NCBI RefSeq assembly: GCF_001949145.1
Contig: NW_019091361.1
Location: forward strand, 2,300,919 to 2,364,918
Reading direction: 5' to 3'
Origin: Acanthaster planci
Lineage: Eukaryota
DNA: 64,000 nucleotides
In this document: positions 12,400 to 26,400 of the stretch, piece after piece
Layout of the letters: every line of letters begins with the position of its first letter
How positions within the stretch are numbered: position 1 is the stretch's first letter
Program-made: the position numbers and the translations under genes
The notes under the pieces: generated by a model
Told to the model about the DNA's origin: nothing
What the model saw: only the letters and a program-made list of their open reading frames with translations
The model's database searches: none

Positions 12400-14872
12400 T
12401 GTAATTAAGACAAAGCAATGGCAGCACACAATTCTGTTGGCCACACTCAAGTTGGCTTATATGTTACGCGGACCTATGGGTCCAACTGACCAATAGCGGG
12501 ACGCTTGCCTGTCCACTTGTTGCCACTGCTTGCACGAACAGCATGTAAGCTAAGGACTCAATAAGAGCGTTAATTTTTTCAGGTGTACGTCATTTCTTGA
12601 TGCCTCGTTGACATTTACGGCTCAATTACAGACATTCACACCGACTTTTCCCACTGTCTACAATAGGAGAGGTTAGAAGTATAGAAGCATGCAAGTCTTC
12701 CTAGTACTATTTTTTTTCCTCACTTTCTGGATTTTTTTTATATAGCCGCATACAAATTCAACACTACAACTTTCTTCGAGTGAAATACAACTCTGCAGCC
12801 AAACCAAATTTGTCATGCAACACTTAATAGTTGAAGAAAATTTTACAGTTGTCTGAAATGATTAATATATTGATGTGCAAGCTAAGTTCGCCGCATTTTT
12901 TTCCAATATCTTGACAGAACAAAATAGAAGTTCCATGATTACCTCACAATTACGGTACCTCCCTTAATTCTACAGACAATAACTGTACACTATATTAATA
13001 GATAAAACTACACGATTTTCCACTTGGCCTCATTCTTTACTTGCCTCTAATGCACAATCATACAATAACTGAAGTTTCAATAAAAAATAAATGAAAGTTA
13101 GATTACAATTATTACAATACTTTGGTAAAATGGTGCATGGTTTCAGATGAAAACTACCAAGGGTCCTGATTCATGATTGGTTGTCAATAAAACATGTTAT
13201 GAACAGGCCAGCGGACTCCAACAACAAGCCTACCAGAGCCAGGCAACGGTTACAGCATCAACTGACAGCATGAAGTTGCTCTGTTACCAGCAAAAAAGCA
13301 CAGCACGCACACACTACAAAGCCATTCATTACATCCAGATTCTCGTTTTTGAAAAAAAATGCAGGAATGGGTAAAGCCCAGTACAAAATCTCAAGTCTCA
13401 GATGAGCAATATGCAGATACACTCACGGACCAATCAGGATTGATGTTACATATGCTACATGGAGCCTACACAATACCGCATGATACAGTGGCTCTGGTAG
13501 GCTATTGCCCGTCAAGCGCATGAGTACTTGAACTGTAGGCATGAACTGAATGCTACATTCTTCAATACATATGAAGTAATCTGTGAAGATTCTAACACGC
13601 TTCCTCATCAATGCCTCCCTACATTTTAAAACTTGTGAAATGACTACATCAAAACAAACTCTGAAACCTATAAAAATTGTCAAAATCTAGTGTATAAACC
13701 CACTGATGGATTTATGCTTTTGAAAATCTGGAAAAGAATACCATGCCCCATAATGTACAAGAAAAATGTAAATGATTATATGCATATGTTGATGATGAAC
13801 AGTTGAAATCTGTAGAGATCTGTTCCAAAGAGCAACGATCACGGTGATTGGCCTAAGGCTCAATGTAGCAGACTTCACCAATCAGCATGTTTGACTCATT
13901 GCTAACATTTCAGAAAATTCCAGCAAGAATTACACTGTCCTTTAACTGCAAGTCTACAATTTTTTTTCACCCATCAATGTCTTACGTACCTGGTGTTAAT
14001 AACTATCAGTCAGAAGTAATAAGCAATTCAGTCGTTAAAAAAAATTATTACCACAAAACACGAAGAAACAGCTGTCATGGCTCTATGTGAAACATAAAGA
14101 CAACAGACACTCTAAGATTATATTTGTTTTTCTTGTCTGCAAAAAGGCAATTTACAAATGCTAATACATCAAATACAAATCTCAGATTTCAAGTTACATG
14201 ATTCCTTTAACCATTAATGACAATCGTACCAGAAGTCATCAAATTATTAGTCTTAATACATCAAGGGATTCAAGTATGTTTCTGGCGAAGTTTTGTGCCC
14301 TAAATTTAAATAATTTTCTTCCATTATGAGGATATCTTTGCATAAGTGCCTCATGAAGATACCAATTGATGTTGTTCCACTAATAAAAGTCCCTTGGAGT
14401 TTTGAGGTACATATATCAGAATCATTTAATTTAAGGGACACATTCAGCTATTTCAAAAACGCAACTAACTAATTTTTTTTTAAAGAAACATAGTACAGCG
14501 GAGAAAACCACACTTTGCAAGAAAAGAAAAACAAGCTCTTTTTTCCCAATTCAGAAAAGGAAATATTAATATTTATGGACTTGGGAATTTAGGCTGCCTC
14601 CCCCACACAAGAATGCAACTTTAGCTTTCACACTGCCTGTTAGAGTCAGAAATAAACTAGGAACTTTTTTTCTGCTGCAAACTGTGCAAAGTTTATCTCA
14701 TGCAACATCAACAAGGGTGACGACTAGTTTAGCTATGCCAGCCATGACAATAAACCCCTGGCCTTTGGCCAGAGGGTCAGAATGGTGCATCCCCTTCGGT
14801 GGTGAAGGCAGGCCTTGGAGAGGGGAGGGGAAGGTCAGCTCGGGGGAGGGATTAAGATAGTGAGGGAGGTGC

Positions 14873-14955
14873 TTAGTACTCCACCAGTTCCTGCATGACC
14901 CTCTCGACTTCGTCCGTCATCCCCTTCAGACGTTCCTTCTCCTGAAGCAGCTCAT
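14873..14955 (-). CDS. TPM: Tropomyosin alternative terminal exon 9-3
   Basis: ccgacag|(D)ELLQEKERLKGMTDEVERVMQELVEY*; 83 nt; completes exactly 284 aa. Confidence 0.93.
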
Positions 14956-16016
14956 CTGTCGGGTGGGAGGAGGAGAATGCCACGAGGAGGACAAAAAATT
15001 AGGAAGACGTTGCCGCGGGGATGGAGACGAAAGAGAGATGCCACAGGAGACGGGGTGGGGGGGGTGTTGCCAAGATGGAAGATACCACATGTAAGATGAA
15101 AGGTTGCCATGGATCACGTTATACACACCAGTACAGACAGACACAGACATCAAGGTCGAGACAGGAAGGGGAGAACAGACAAGAAGATGGATAGTAGTAG
15201 AGTGTCATGAAGGAAACCAGAGATAAGTAACAGGAGAGGTGGAAAGACACAGATTTAAAATGGTGTTTGCAGAACAAAGGGAGATAAGTGGATGGGGAAA
15301 AGGTGGCACAGACGAGAATGGGGGTTTCAACAGAAATGGGATTGGAGAGAGAAAAATAGAGAATGCAGTAATACACGTTGCATAGGCACAAACCATCAGT
15401 GTAAAGACAAACCAAACAAAACAGAAGAACTATAATACAGCCTAAACTATGCAACTTGGAATGAATGTATTATTACCATTATCGTAAGTACAAAAATTAA
15501 ACTTTAAAATTCTGAATATCTTAATTTTTGTGGAAAACCTACAGTCTATGTTTTGTTTACATAAGCTAGGGAAAGAAAACAAGCAAATACATACTTTACA
15601 GATCACTTAGCTACTGGTACACCAAGTAGTGTCATAAGAGATACTCACATGAAGTGCAGGGTAAAAAAAAACAAACCACCACCACCACCACCATTCTTAC
15701 AACATTGTACACGTTGTGCAATTGCCAACCATTCTGACAGAATGAGGCTGTTGGCAGACGATGCGGTGGCATGCATTTGAGGGCATCGTCTGAGAACAGC
15801 TTTTTTCTCTTCGTCAAAATGGTTTTAAAACATGGCACCACGAACATGGAGAAGGTATGGAATAGCCTCCTTGTTTTCCACAATCCACCTGGGCAACAGT
15901 TTGTGAACTTTATAAGCACATGCCACATTACCAACACACCTCTGTTCAGAATTCACTTCAAGGTGTGCGCTTCCAGCATCGATGCGACACTGACGTGTCT
16001 TTTTAAAAACAATTAC

Positions 16017-16022
16017 TTTATT
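16017..16022 (-). terminator. Putative poly(A) signal for exon 9-2
   Basis: AATAAA on the minus strand ~410 nt after the stop codon of exon 9-2 and before exon 9-3. Confidence 0.35.
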
Positions 16023-16433
16023 TGTAAAGAGACTGATGACTGAATTCTTACCAAAAAATGTACTTCTGGACATGGTGGCCAGAAACTTCAGAATGGAAAC
16101 TACCCTTGGTTGTTTTCAAATGTATGGCACAGATGTAAAAGGAAAATATTCCATATCTTCTTGAGAATGATCTCAGCCATGATGCACTGGATCCTTCGAT
16201 GGGGCCAGTGAACTTTTACAGTCATGTTTCTACCCTACGTTTCATTACTTAAATTGGTTAGGGTGTTAAAAACTAATGGACAGACAAACACATCACGAGG
16301 GAGGGTGGGGAAAAGGGATAACGTGCTCGCAGCTCTAAGTTCCACTAGATCCAGATGCAGTTGCTAAGATGACAGTCCCGGCAATCACTGTAGATGTTTA
16401 GGGGGGGGGTTCCTGAAGACGGAGACAGGGTCA

Positions 16434-16516
16434 TCAGAAATCTCCCAGGTCACTCAGAGCCTGGTCATACTCCATCTGCATCCGGAGGAGTTTCTCCTTG
16501 GTTGTATTCAAGTCAT
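16434..16516 (-). CDS. TPM: Tropomyosin alternative terminal exon 9-2
   Basis: actgcag|(D)DLNTTKEKLLRMQMEYDQALSDLGDF*; 83 nt; completes exactly 284 aa. Confidence 0.93.
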
Positions 16517-18831
16517 CTGCAGTTGGAAAGTGATGGGGGGGGGCGGGGATGACATGGGGAAGGGCGAGTGGGTGGGGCAAGAGAGGAAGGGAGGGGAGGT
16601 GTACATCGGGTGGGAAGATGAGGAAGGTGAATAGAGAGAACGGAGAGAGGAGGAAGAGGTTGGGGGAACAAGGAATAAGAGAAAACAGCTAGTTCAAAAT
16701 CAAATTGTCCAAATCATATCAAATTGTGAGAAAAATGTGAAGAATTTACCACACTTCCCTTTTAGCCTTCAAACTGGTGGAAATCGTTCATGCTTGCTGT
16801 CTACATGCACAAGAATGGATCTGTACAAATACGTGGGTGGCAAGGCATGGATTGTCTTGGCAATAAATATATAGTCGATCCAAAAAGGGCACTTCTAGCA
16901 CTTGCAATCTGATTGTTTACCCTCTGGACACCTTTTTGGTTTGTAGTTTATCACTCATGTGAAGTTTGAAATGGGGTGAACTAGGCAGTGAATGGTTTAC
17001 TAACTGAACTGCAGGGAATGCAACTCGGTGAAGCAGGGCAACACACTGCCCCAGAAAATGCACAAGCCATACCTCTTGTCTGACTGGTCTACAAACATTT
17101 GAGCCACAATTGAACAAATGCAGCTCTCTCCCCACGAAACACAGCTGGTTGGAATCGGGTTTGCTTTTTGGGGGGGCGGGGGGTCATTTTGTTTTTCAAC
17201 ATAAAAAAAATGCTAACATTTTGGTTCAAAGTCTGCGGAACTTGTTGACCAGTTATTAAGAGATCATTTCACCAGACGTGTTCCACTGTGGGTGATTTTT
17301 ACATGTCTCTGCAACACTGCAAATTTCTGGAGACATCTTTTGATCTGTCTGACAACATTTTAAGCCACAAGGTTGCTCATGCGGCAACACAATTTGAGTT
17401 GGAGGTGCAGCACAAGAATTATGGCTCTGCTTGGGCAAAATTTGGAGCACGGTCTGTGTAACACACAATGGCCGCACATTTCAGGACTTGCAATCCACTC
17501 AGTTTCAGTCCAAAATGGTACCTGAATGGCAACAGCCTATTTTGTTTCAGGACAGGTCTTGACAAAGTCGGTTTGTCGGGGGGGGGAGAGGAAGGATTAA
17601 TGGCAAATGCCGAGCAACATAGAGCAACAAACCTCCAGAGCAAAGGTCGTGGAAGGGCATGTGCTACAAACATCTGAGCCAAGTGTTTTAAAGACCAGTC
17701 AGGCATTGGGCTCATTCAAGGGGTTAGAATCAAGGAAAAGCAGAAAACTATTAGTGTTAGTTGTTAATCAGTGGGAACTCTAGGAAGGACTTCTACCCAA
17801 CACAAAGCACATGGCTTCACTGGCTGCTAGTGCTGCGAGGCATTAGGCTCATGACTTAAAATTTACCAATGGGTATCTACCAAAACAGAAATCAAAAATC
17901 TGACAGAGTGAACATGTAAGAATCTTGGATCTTAAGTTGTGGATACTGCCCCAGTAAATGGAGAGAGAATTCACACACAGAGAAGAAACCAAATGGATGG
18001 TTTAGTATAAGATTTAGCAAAACCAACTGATGTGATACTTGACTCATTTTTCCAGTTTTTCAGAAGACTAGCTATAAATCCGAGGATCTTGATGACAACT
18101 TGCAATGGAAAGTTACCAGTTGTCAAAAACAAACCAACGAACATCACACCACAGCACAACTATGTAACATATATGTTAGTACACAGTAAGTAGCAAATGA
18201 GGTAAGTGGCTCGACGAAAAATAGAAGAGCATCCTGAAAGGTGTCTCTCAAATTAAACAACTGTCAAAAAAGCCCAGATTAACCTCACACCATTTCATAA
18301 AATCTCAACTTCAAACTTCTAGGAAAAGGCCATTAATGATTTTTACTGACATTTCCACCATGCCTGACAGCGCCGACGATATACCGGGTATCACAGAAAC
18401 GAAAAAGCCGTCAGCCAAAATGTAAAACCACTTCCAGAAGTTCAACATTTGCTCTGGTACTGTACATGTCCACGGCAACTTTAGACCCCAACCCAATTTT
18501 GGCATGCACTGCAGTGCACTTTTTGCTCCCTCGTGAATACCACCCTAAACTGAAACATCATGTGCCAAGCTTCACTGCCTGTGATGACCCTCCAGTAGCA
18601 TGTGTCCGAGAGTAGGCCTCTGTACTGATGAAATACATGTACTTTACGTGTGCACTTTTCCATGGAACCAGTGGGGGCCCATGGCCCCCCAGTGGGCTCC
18701 ATCAAAAGCACACCCGTAAACAGAGACTGGTATCCGTCGGTACAGCGGCCTACTGGAAAGTCACTGGCAGTGATTACATCTCATAACATTTGCAGCTGCT
18801 ATGACATAGCCATATGAAATAGTGGCCACTA

Positions 18832-18991
18832 GTTCTGCCAACTGTGGTGACGAGGAGTCCCAGCCAACAAAGTAACACCAAGCGTTCTGCCAACTGTGGT
18901 GACGAGGAGTCCCAGCCAACAAAGTAACACCAAGCGTTCTGTCAACTGTGGTGACGAGGAGTCCCAGCCAACAAAGTAACACCAAGCGTTC
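18832..18991. repeat. 52-bp tandem repeat, 3 copies
   Basis: Unit GTTCTGCCAACTGTGGTGACGAGGAGTCCCAGCCAACAAAGTAACACCAAGC x3 with one substitution, plus a partial GTTC. Confidence 0.97.
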
Positions 18992-21900
18992 CCTGCCTCG
19001 CCTCCCTTCCCCCAAAAAATGTGACTGCTACACGATGCAAGTTACAACATATGACCATATGATAACACTGCCATAAACGCTCAACCTAGTATGAAAATAC
19101 TGTTGCTAGACTGTGGTTGATACCAACTGAGAAAGATACCAAGTCATTAAAAATGCTGCGAGCAGCCACCTCAAAATTGGTCAGCAATGTATTTCTGTTA
19201 CTAAAACAAATTATCATTTTTAGTTACAAAGGGTAGAAAAAAAGTGATTGCTTTCAAGTCCAGCATTAATGTATTTAGTTTGAGTAGAGATGCTTGGTTT
19301 AAGATGGATTAATTTTGCAGAAAAATAGAAAACATTCAAGAAATGCACCGACGTCTATACCCGTCCGGCATGGCTCAATGCAATACTGTCAAGTGTGAGT
19401 TGGTGAGAAGCATGTTGTAAAGATAACCAGCTATGGTCAATAAGCCTTTTGCGAATTAACTTTGACCCAAATCTGGTACACTGAGTACTTTAAATTCACG
19501 TGAATATAACAACTTGAATTCTCCTTACTAAAACCACTGTTGCTATACCTCATAATTTGGGGCAAGCTTTTGCTTAGTTACATAAGAGACCCCTTGCCAC
19601 AATACACAGTTCTCAATGGATAAGAAGAGCACAAAGGAACCAGTCCATTCCAGAGATGGTGGTCACTATGCAAAAGCTTGCCCCGAATCACGGGGTGTGG
19701 CAAGTGTCTTTAGTCTGAGGAATTCAAAGCGTAATGTTTATGCGCAGTCAGATAACTCAGGGCACCAGATTTTATTCAAATTTAACTCGCAAATGGCTTA
19801 TAGAATTATGTAGCTGGCTGGTAGCCAGTTTAAGCACCAGGCCATACTCGGCATAAAAGCAAAACGAGAACGTGGAATTTACTGTCACATATTTAACATC
19901 TACAGGTGCAAGTTTTTGTGGCAGAAATCACCGCACCTGACGTAAGTTCAATTCCTGCAAATTTGCAAGCTTGACTATTCACTGTGATACCCTGATTCAT
20001 GTTTGTCTTTGTACCGATTATGAACCTGCGCATAAAGTGTTTATTAATATATGTTGGGTAAGGGCAAAACCTGTTAGAAAAACTGCGCAGCCTTTGTCGC
20101 TTCGAGGCCATTCAATTTTTTTTTCTCTCTGCAACCAATTCCACAAGTTTGCTTTAAAGTTAAATACCCATTTCATTATTTTTAACAAGTTAAAGAGCTC
20201 TAGGGAATAAGCACTATGCATACACTTTGCAAAATTCCCAGAAAATGACACCAATTATCAAATGTCCTTTAGCATTGTAAGTGACCTCTAAGCGGCAATC
20301 TTGCATTGAAGTGAAACTTTATGAAACAACGTTGGGTTGTTTGATCTTTTGAGGTTTCAACAGTTTGCAGGACTGCAAGTAAAAAAGGGAACTGTGCCAT
20401 CTATCACTGGAAATAAACAATCCTTCTTTTTGAACTGTGTCGTTTTGGTTATTTGTTGTTCCTTTTTTCTGTAAACCAGCCATAAAAACTTTTCATAAAT
20501 CGTCCAAATATAGGTTAACTGCAGTGCTTTTAAAGCCTAAATCCTATTAAATCCAGCACATTCTATGATGTACATGTAGCAAAACAAATAACGGCAAAAA
20601 CAAACAAATTAAAACAAAACTGAAAAAAATTGTTTCTCCTGTCTTTAAGTTTTGAAGATGATTGATGAATGTATGTGGTACTATAATGGGCTATGACTAC
20701 ACAAGCGAGCAAAGGCCGAAAAGGCGGAAAACCAAAATGAATTCAAAGTTATTTTCATTTCAGGATTTGTCAGAGTTTAGCAGGAAACTACAACACATGA
20801 GCTTGCAATCATTCAAAAGCATCATGTCAAGAAACAATCTGTACATGAAGAAGCACCATCGCACAGCAGTCAAATGAAACGTTAGTAAACCATCCCTACC
20901 AAGCGCCATGGCTGGTTCGTACATAATCTGTTGACAGAGGGCTGTCCATTTGAAACTATCCCTTGCCAATTTGCTCCAGGGTTTTTTGTTTTTTTTGTAT
21001 TTTTACAGCAAACTAATAAGGTACATATCCATCATTAGCAGTTATCCAAAAACCTTATGAAATTATAGTTTGAAAAGCATACTTGTTGGAAGATGGTTAT
21101 CAGACTAAACTCTCTGTGAAATGAATTTTTTTCTGGGAAGCTGTCATGTTGAAGAAAATGAAGGATGGCCATTTTCAACCATGCAAATGCAATGGAAATT
21201 GCTGTCAGTAGTTCGTTTTAAATTCGGCAAGTATGCAAGTCATCATTTCAGTTGGCAATACTGAATAGCTGCATTAGACTGAGTGAGAACGTGTCCCAGA
21301 CACTGAATTTGGGCACTGAAAATGGGACCCGGCAACTTCTGATTTGAAATGGACTGCACCTTGAAAAAGTTTCCTTTGGTTTCAAAATCATTTGGCAGGA
21401 TCTTCAACCTGATTTCACTGACTTCGCTGACCCAGTAACAGATGGTGCCACCCATCACTGAACAGATTATGAAAGAAATATTCCCGAGTTTCAGGAACAG
21501 GGCAGAGGACAGCGTGCATACCTGTCGTTAATTTACCTACAGCACAGTGGGTAACAATCAGATTGGCATATAGTGATATTGGTCAAGGATGTTGACATTT
21601 GAAAGTTGCATAACAGAACTGTCCACTAGAGCAAGGTCAGGGGTCACTTGGATCAGACTGATCCACAACTAAGGTCAAGAAAAAAACGGCAGGTATTCAT
21701 CACCAGTTTATAGAGCCACAAGGGTGCTATGGTATTTTTTTTTAAAAATTCACAAACATCCAAAGAAAAGTCCTGGCTTGTCCAAGAGGTTATAGATCTC
21801 TCTCAAAAGAGGTGCCCAACTGCATATTCAACGTCACCAGGAGTGTGTACAGGCACAAGCTCCATAAGCTCTCTAAGTGCGCACCTGTTGATCCAATTGT

Positions 21901-23350
21901 CTTCAAAATATGGTACAGCAAATGCCCGTCCCAAAAATTTAACTCCTAACCACAGATGCAAGTGGCAATCTGTAGGAAGTGACATCGTATGAGAGAGACC
22001 TATAAGGAAAGGGTTGAAGCCTGAACATTAATTTGCACGTTCGTGAAGGTATTTTTCATTTGTGCAACCACATTCAGAATACATGTAGTTGAAGAGAGAG
22101 CTGTTATTTAAGCAATGCAACTTGCACATGATCTAAATAAGTACTAGCGAGTAGGATCTGAACCCCAAATAAAGCATGGCTTTTACACAATCAAAGTGAT
22201 TCCTTCTCTTACTGCTTTGTCACGCACAGCCTTGAATAACAGCACTCTCAAGGACGGAGAATGATTCCACCCACAAGGTTCAATTGGGGGTTCTATCTTC
22301 TTGCTACTCAAGACTTGGCCTTGTTTCGTATTTTCTCCTGACCTGATACACCACCCCAAGCACAGCCCTTTACTTGGTTAAAATATGTGGATCTCTGGGC
22401 AAATACTTCCAGGAACTCATCTGGACAGCACTTTGGTTTGAAGATTTGTTAACCGCAATCTTCAAGAAATGTTGCTTTTGCTTGGAAAGCAGGGGGGGGA
22501 ACAAAGCCCACTGTACTTCTAAAACGTCAAAGGCAACATGCTATCACTGCAGAAGAGTTTGAGTTTGAGGGGTTTCATGGGTATGGGAAATACTGGACTG
22601 TTTTCCCTCTGCATAAGATGACTGACAAAGAAAACCGGCCAAGACCTGATGCAAGATGGACAAACGAGGAAGTGAGCGTCTAGTCTAAGAAAAGGCAAAG
22701 AGCATTTGCAAAGAGCGGGGTGAGAAATTCTAGGAGGAAATGCAAGGATGAATTCCAAGCAAGGAGAAGATCAGAGCAGAACCATCGTCAGGAGTTCAGC
22801 AAGCGGTATTTTCAAATGAGTAATCCACCTCTAGTATCAGGCCACAGATGAAGATCAGTACATGCGAAATAGTAACATTCCAACCAGAAGTTGTTTTTAA
22901 CTTTTTTACAAGAGCATAAAAATAACTGAAGCCCACAACTTCCATTCAACACACGGAGAGGAAAACAACTTGAAGCTTTAACATGTAAGGTCGTGAGTTG
23001 TGGTTGAATGCAATGCCTAAATCACCGACATAGAAATCGCTTGGATGATTTTTAGGCTTCTCTTTGGTTGTGTGTTTACACAGAAGCGCTGCCATCGACA
23101 ATCGCAATTCTACAAACTAGCAGTTCATGCATCGGAAATTACTTCCTTCTTTCATGCACCAGTGACCCAATTATCTCCACGAGGTGACCACTCCGATTTT
23201 CCCGTTTGCTTGGAAAACATCTTCAAAAAACGAGTTGTAATACATCAACAATTTGTTTTTGTCTCTTTCAAAAGAAATATTTTTTTAAAAAATTGGATGC
23301 AGACCGCTGGGGGAAGTGGAAAAAGGCGAGAGTGGCCGACGGCTTGTGGC

Positions 23351-23433
23351 TCATAGCTGGTTGAGCGCCGTGTTGAATTCGTCCAGCTCATCTTGGAGTC
23401 TCTGGGCCTTCCCGCGCTCCTGTTCCAACTTGT
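23351..23433 (-). CDS. TPM: Tropomyosin alternative terminal exon 9-1
   Basis: ttccacag|(D)KLEQERGKAQRLQDELDEFNTALNQL*; 83 nt; completes exactly 284 aa. Confidence 0.93.
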
Positions 23434-26400
23434 CTGTGGAAATGTTTACATGCAAACTTGAGAGGAGTTGTGGGTTTCGGTTAGTCGCAACAAGAAAGGC
23501 AAAGATCTGTCTCAGTCAAACTGCAGGTGGCTTGGATTTTCTTTTTCTTTCTTTCGTTTCTTATACTTTGGGCGGGAAGATGTTTCTCTCCAAACTGCAG
23601 CAGCAAAAAGTTTCAGTGTTGTGAAAATACACTCATTTCGCTGATGTCAATTTAGACAGAGCAGTGCATGCATTTGATTTTCTTTCAGGCTGCAACACAG
23701 GGGGTTTTCCCATATAAAAATGTACATCCAAACCAACACAGTGCCAAACATCTGTGTAAGGCAATTCTGCAGCAGAATGACTGATTCAAACCAATCTTCA
23801 CACAGAACAGGATTGGGTACAGGTCAAAAGTACAATGTAAATACTTTAAGACGAGGGCAATTTTGCCCATTCTGGGAAGGGCAACTCTGACTTCAGTCGG
23901 GAAGTCACTCAGCTGCAATTTCAATATGTGCTCTATCAGTAATTATATTTCAGGCAACTAAAACATCTTTTGATCTGATACACCAATCCTATGCTTATAA
24001 CTCTTAAGACTACACTCCAGATGAGGTATACCCTTCCAGCAAAAGGTATCAAATTACTCAAGATTTTAAGCCAATAACGTATTATTACTTTTTCAAATAT
24101 TAAAACTAGAATTCTAGTTACATGACTGTCTTCACTGCCAATCTTATAAAATTACCCCTCCTCAAGCAAATCAGTGATTTGAATTGTCCAGATTTAGGTA
24201 TTACGGCAACAACAGCGTCTTCAATTCAGCCTGCGAATATTCAGAGTCCTATTTTATGAAGTCCGTGCCTATGATTTCTGCAAACAACTGAGCAATAACT
24301 CTCCACTGCTCCTTCCAATCTTCTTAACACTGAAAGCAGGCCATGAAGGTGCAGAATTTGACCGAGGCGGAACATCGTGTTGGAATCTCTGTCTTTACGC
24401 AGATGCCTTTGTCGGTGCTATTGGTTAGCGCTGAAGCAATCTGGGGTACACCAGTTAATGAATCTACAATGTCTTTGTGCGAAAGGTGCTTTGATCACAA
24501 AGTGTAAAGCAGAAGTGTTCTAGAGGACTAGCTTCTAAGGCGGAACACTCTACAAAAAAGTTGAAATGACCATAGAGATAAGGGTCATGGGGAGAAATGG
24601 CAACTGTCTTGAGCACTGGGTAGATGAATGGTCATGAGGGGGGGGCAGATCGACATGAATGTGTTTGAGCAGCAATGCATTTAACATTCAAAGGGTATCC
24701 CATGTTGGTGCTGGAGCGCCTTAAGAACTGTGATTAGAGATTAGTTCTGATCATGTCACCACAGCAAGGCAGAAGTGAGGTGAAGGCTACGACACCATTC
24801 AAGAATGAAATGCTTGCATTATAGATTATGCTTTAAGAACCCTTTTTCTTAGTTAAAAGAACAGAAGAATCATCACTGACAGCTGACAACAATTGAACCT
24901 TGGTGCGTGTGGTATACTTGAGGGAAATTATGTTTGCCTAACATTCATCGACTCGTTAGCGCTATTGGAGGGGGGGACACAGAGGGTGGTACACATTAAT
25001 GACGTAAAATGAGAGCAATATCAATTCTTGAGAAACTGCACTGTAATTATGCTTGCTATTCTTGTCGATAGAATTTTGAAGTCAATCTTCACTCCCAATC
25101 ACACACAGGTATGTGTACCACCACAGTCCTTACAGCAAAACTGTAATGGCTCATGTCGTACACGAGGTACTCCCGTCTTGTTCCCAACGACATGCACATG
25201 TGCTGCATTTACAAACAATCATGCTTGAGATAGCTCAGCATTGCCCAGCAACAGCGATAAAAGAATTTCTCTTGCAGTAATAAAGGCTTGTTTTTCGAAA
25301 ATTTATCGCAAAAGGTCTCCATGTGACCTGGGCACAAAATGAACGCGGGACGTGACTTTTGATACTCATTGTCAATGACGGCTGCGCAGGGCAAAACGCA
25401 GAGGTTAACAACTTGAGCGCAGCTGCAGTACAGAGCCATTTGCGGAGCTCCGGCCCGTGTGAGCGCGATTGCTTTGCACGGGGTTACCGGTGAAGGAATC
25501 ACCAAATACAACAGCGCTGCAGTCAAGTCCATCCCAAGCTCTTTGATAAGACCAGTCGCGAGTAGCAGATTGAACAAGGACAAAGGAGTGCTCTTGTCAC
25601 AGTTCATTCAAAGGGCTCACGACTTGACTTGCAGCTGGATGGCATGTGATTAACGTGTAATGGGCTGGATTACATTACTAACAGACAGACAGCACAGGTA
25701 CATCAGAATTTTTTTTTGACGCAACAGAAGAACGGCGAAACTATGCAAGGCGCCAGGTTAGATTTAACCACACCAACTCTGGTACTTCAGAATTTCTGCC
25801 ACAAAGTGAAAAACAAACGGCCACATTTTGACTCCTATTAAGGACGTACTATTGTAAAAGAAAACACTTGGAAATGCAATCACGGAAGAACGACACCTCA
25901 TGTCTCCCGCTTCCTGTGAAATACCTGAACAAACTTAAAAATCCCTGAAACAATCAGCATGCTTATTGATATTTACAATTTACAGGTACAAATCACACAA
26001 AATGACAGAAACCATCTTACCGAATCACCCCCGTCGAGTGACTGAGCCTGAGCATAAGGGTTTTAAGTTGGTTCCCAGAAATCTGGCGTTGGGACGTCTA
26101 GATACCAGCTGAGGTTGTTGGCAACTCATGTCGCACATTTTCTTTCTGTCTTCCTTTGTTTCAGTTTTTACTTTGAGCTGTCTTTCTTTGGTTAATGATT
26201 AATGAACTGAACTCCACACCCATGCTTGCAGGCGCAGTTTTGTAAACACAATACTTTCCAGGTTTTCAAACCGTACATGGGTTAACCATGGGGCTATAAA
26301 CGGGATGGGTTAACCCCAAAAAGCTCAGTAGCCTTCATCCATGCCACTGAAGCTATTTGGCCATTTAAAAAAAAAATGGTTGCATTCGACCGGAATGCAT

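Noticed and set aside
10222..14441. Numerous 60-140 aa ORFs in the track here and throughout the introns
   Set aside because: No recognisable homology, often non-ATG starts, and consistent with random ORFs in intergenic, UTR or intronic DNA.
18832..18991. CRISPR-like appearance of the 52-bp repeat
   Set aside because: The units are head-to-tail with no unique spacers, there are no cas genes, and the context is a eukaryotic intron.
25209..25607. 132-aa minus-strand ORF in a GC-richer part of intron 8
   Set aside because: No recognisable domain or splice context, and a Cys/Leu-rich composition typical of chance ORFs.
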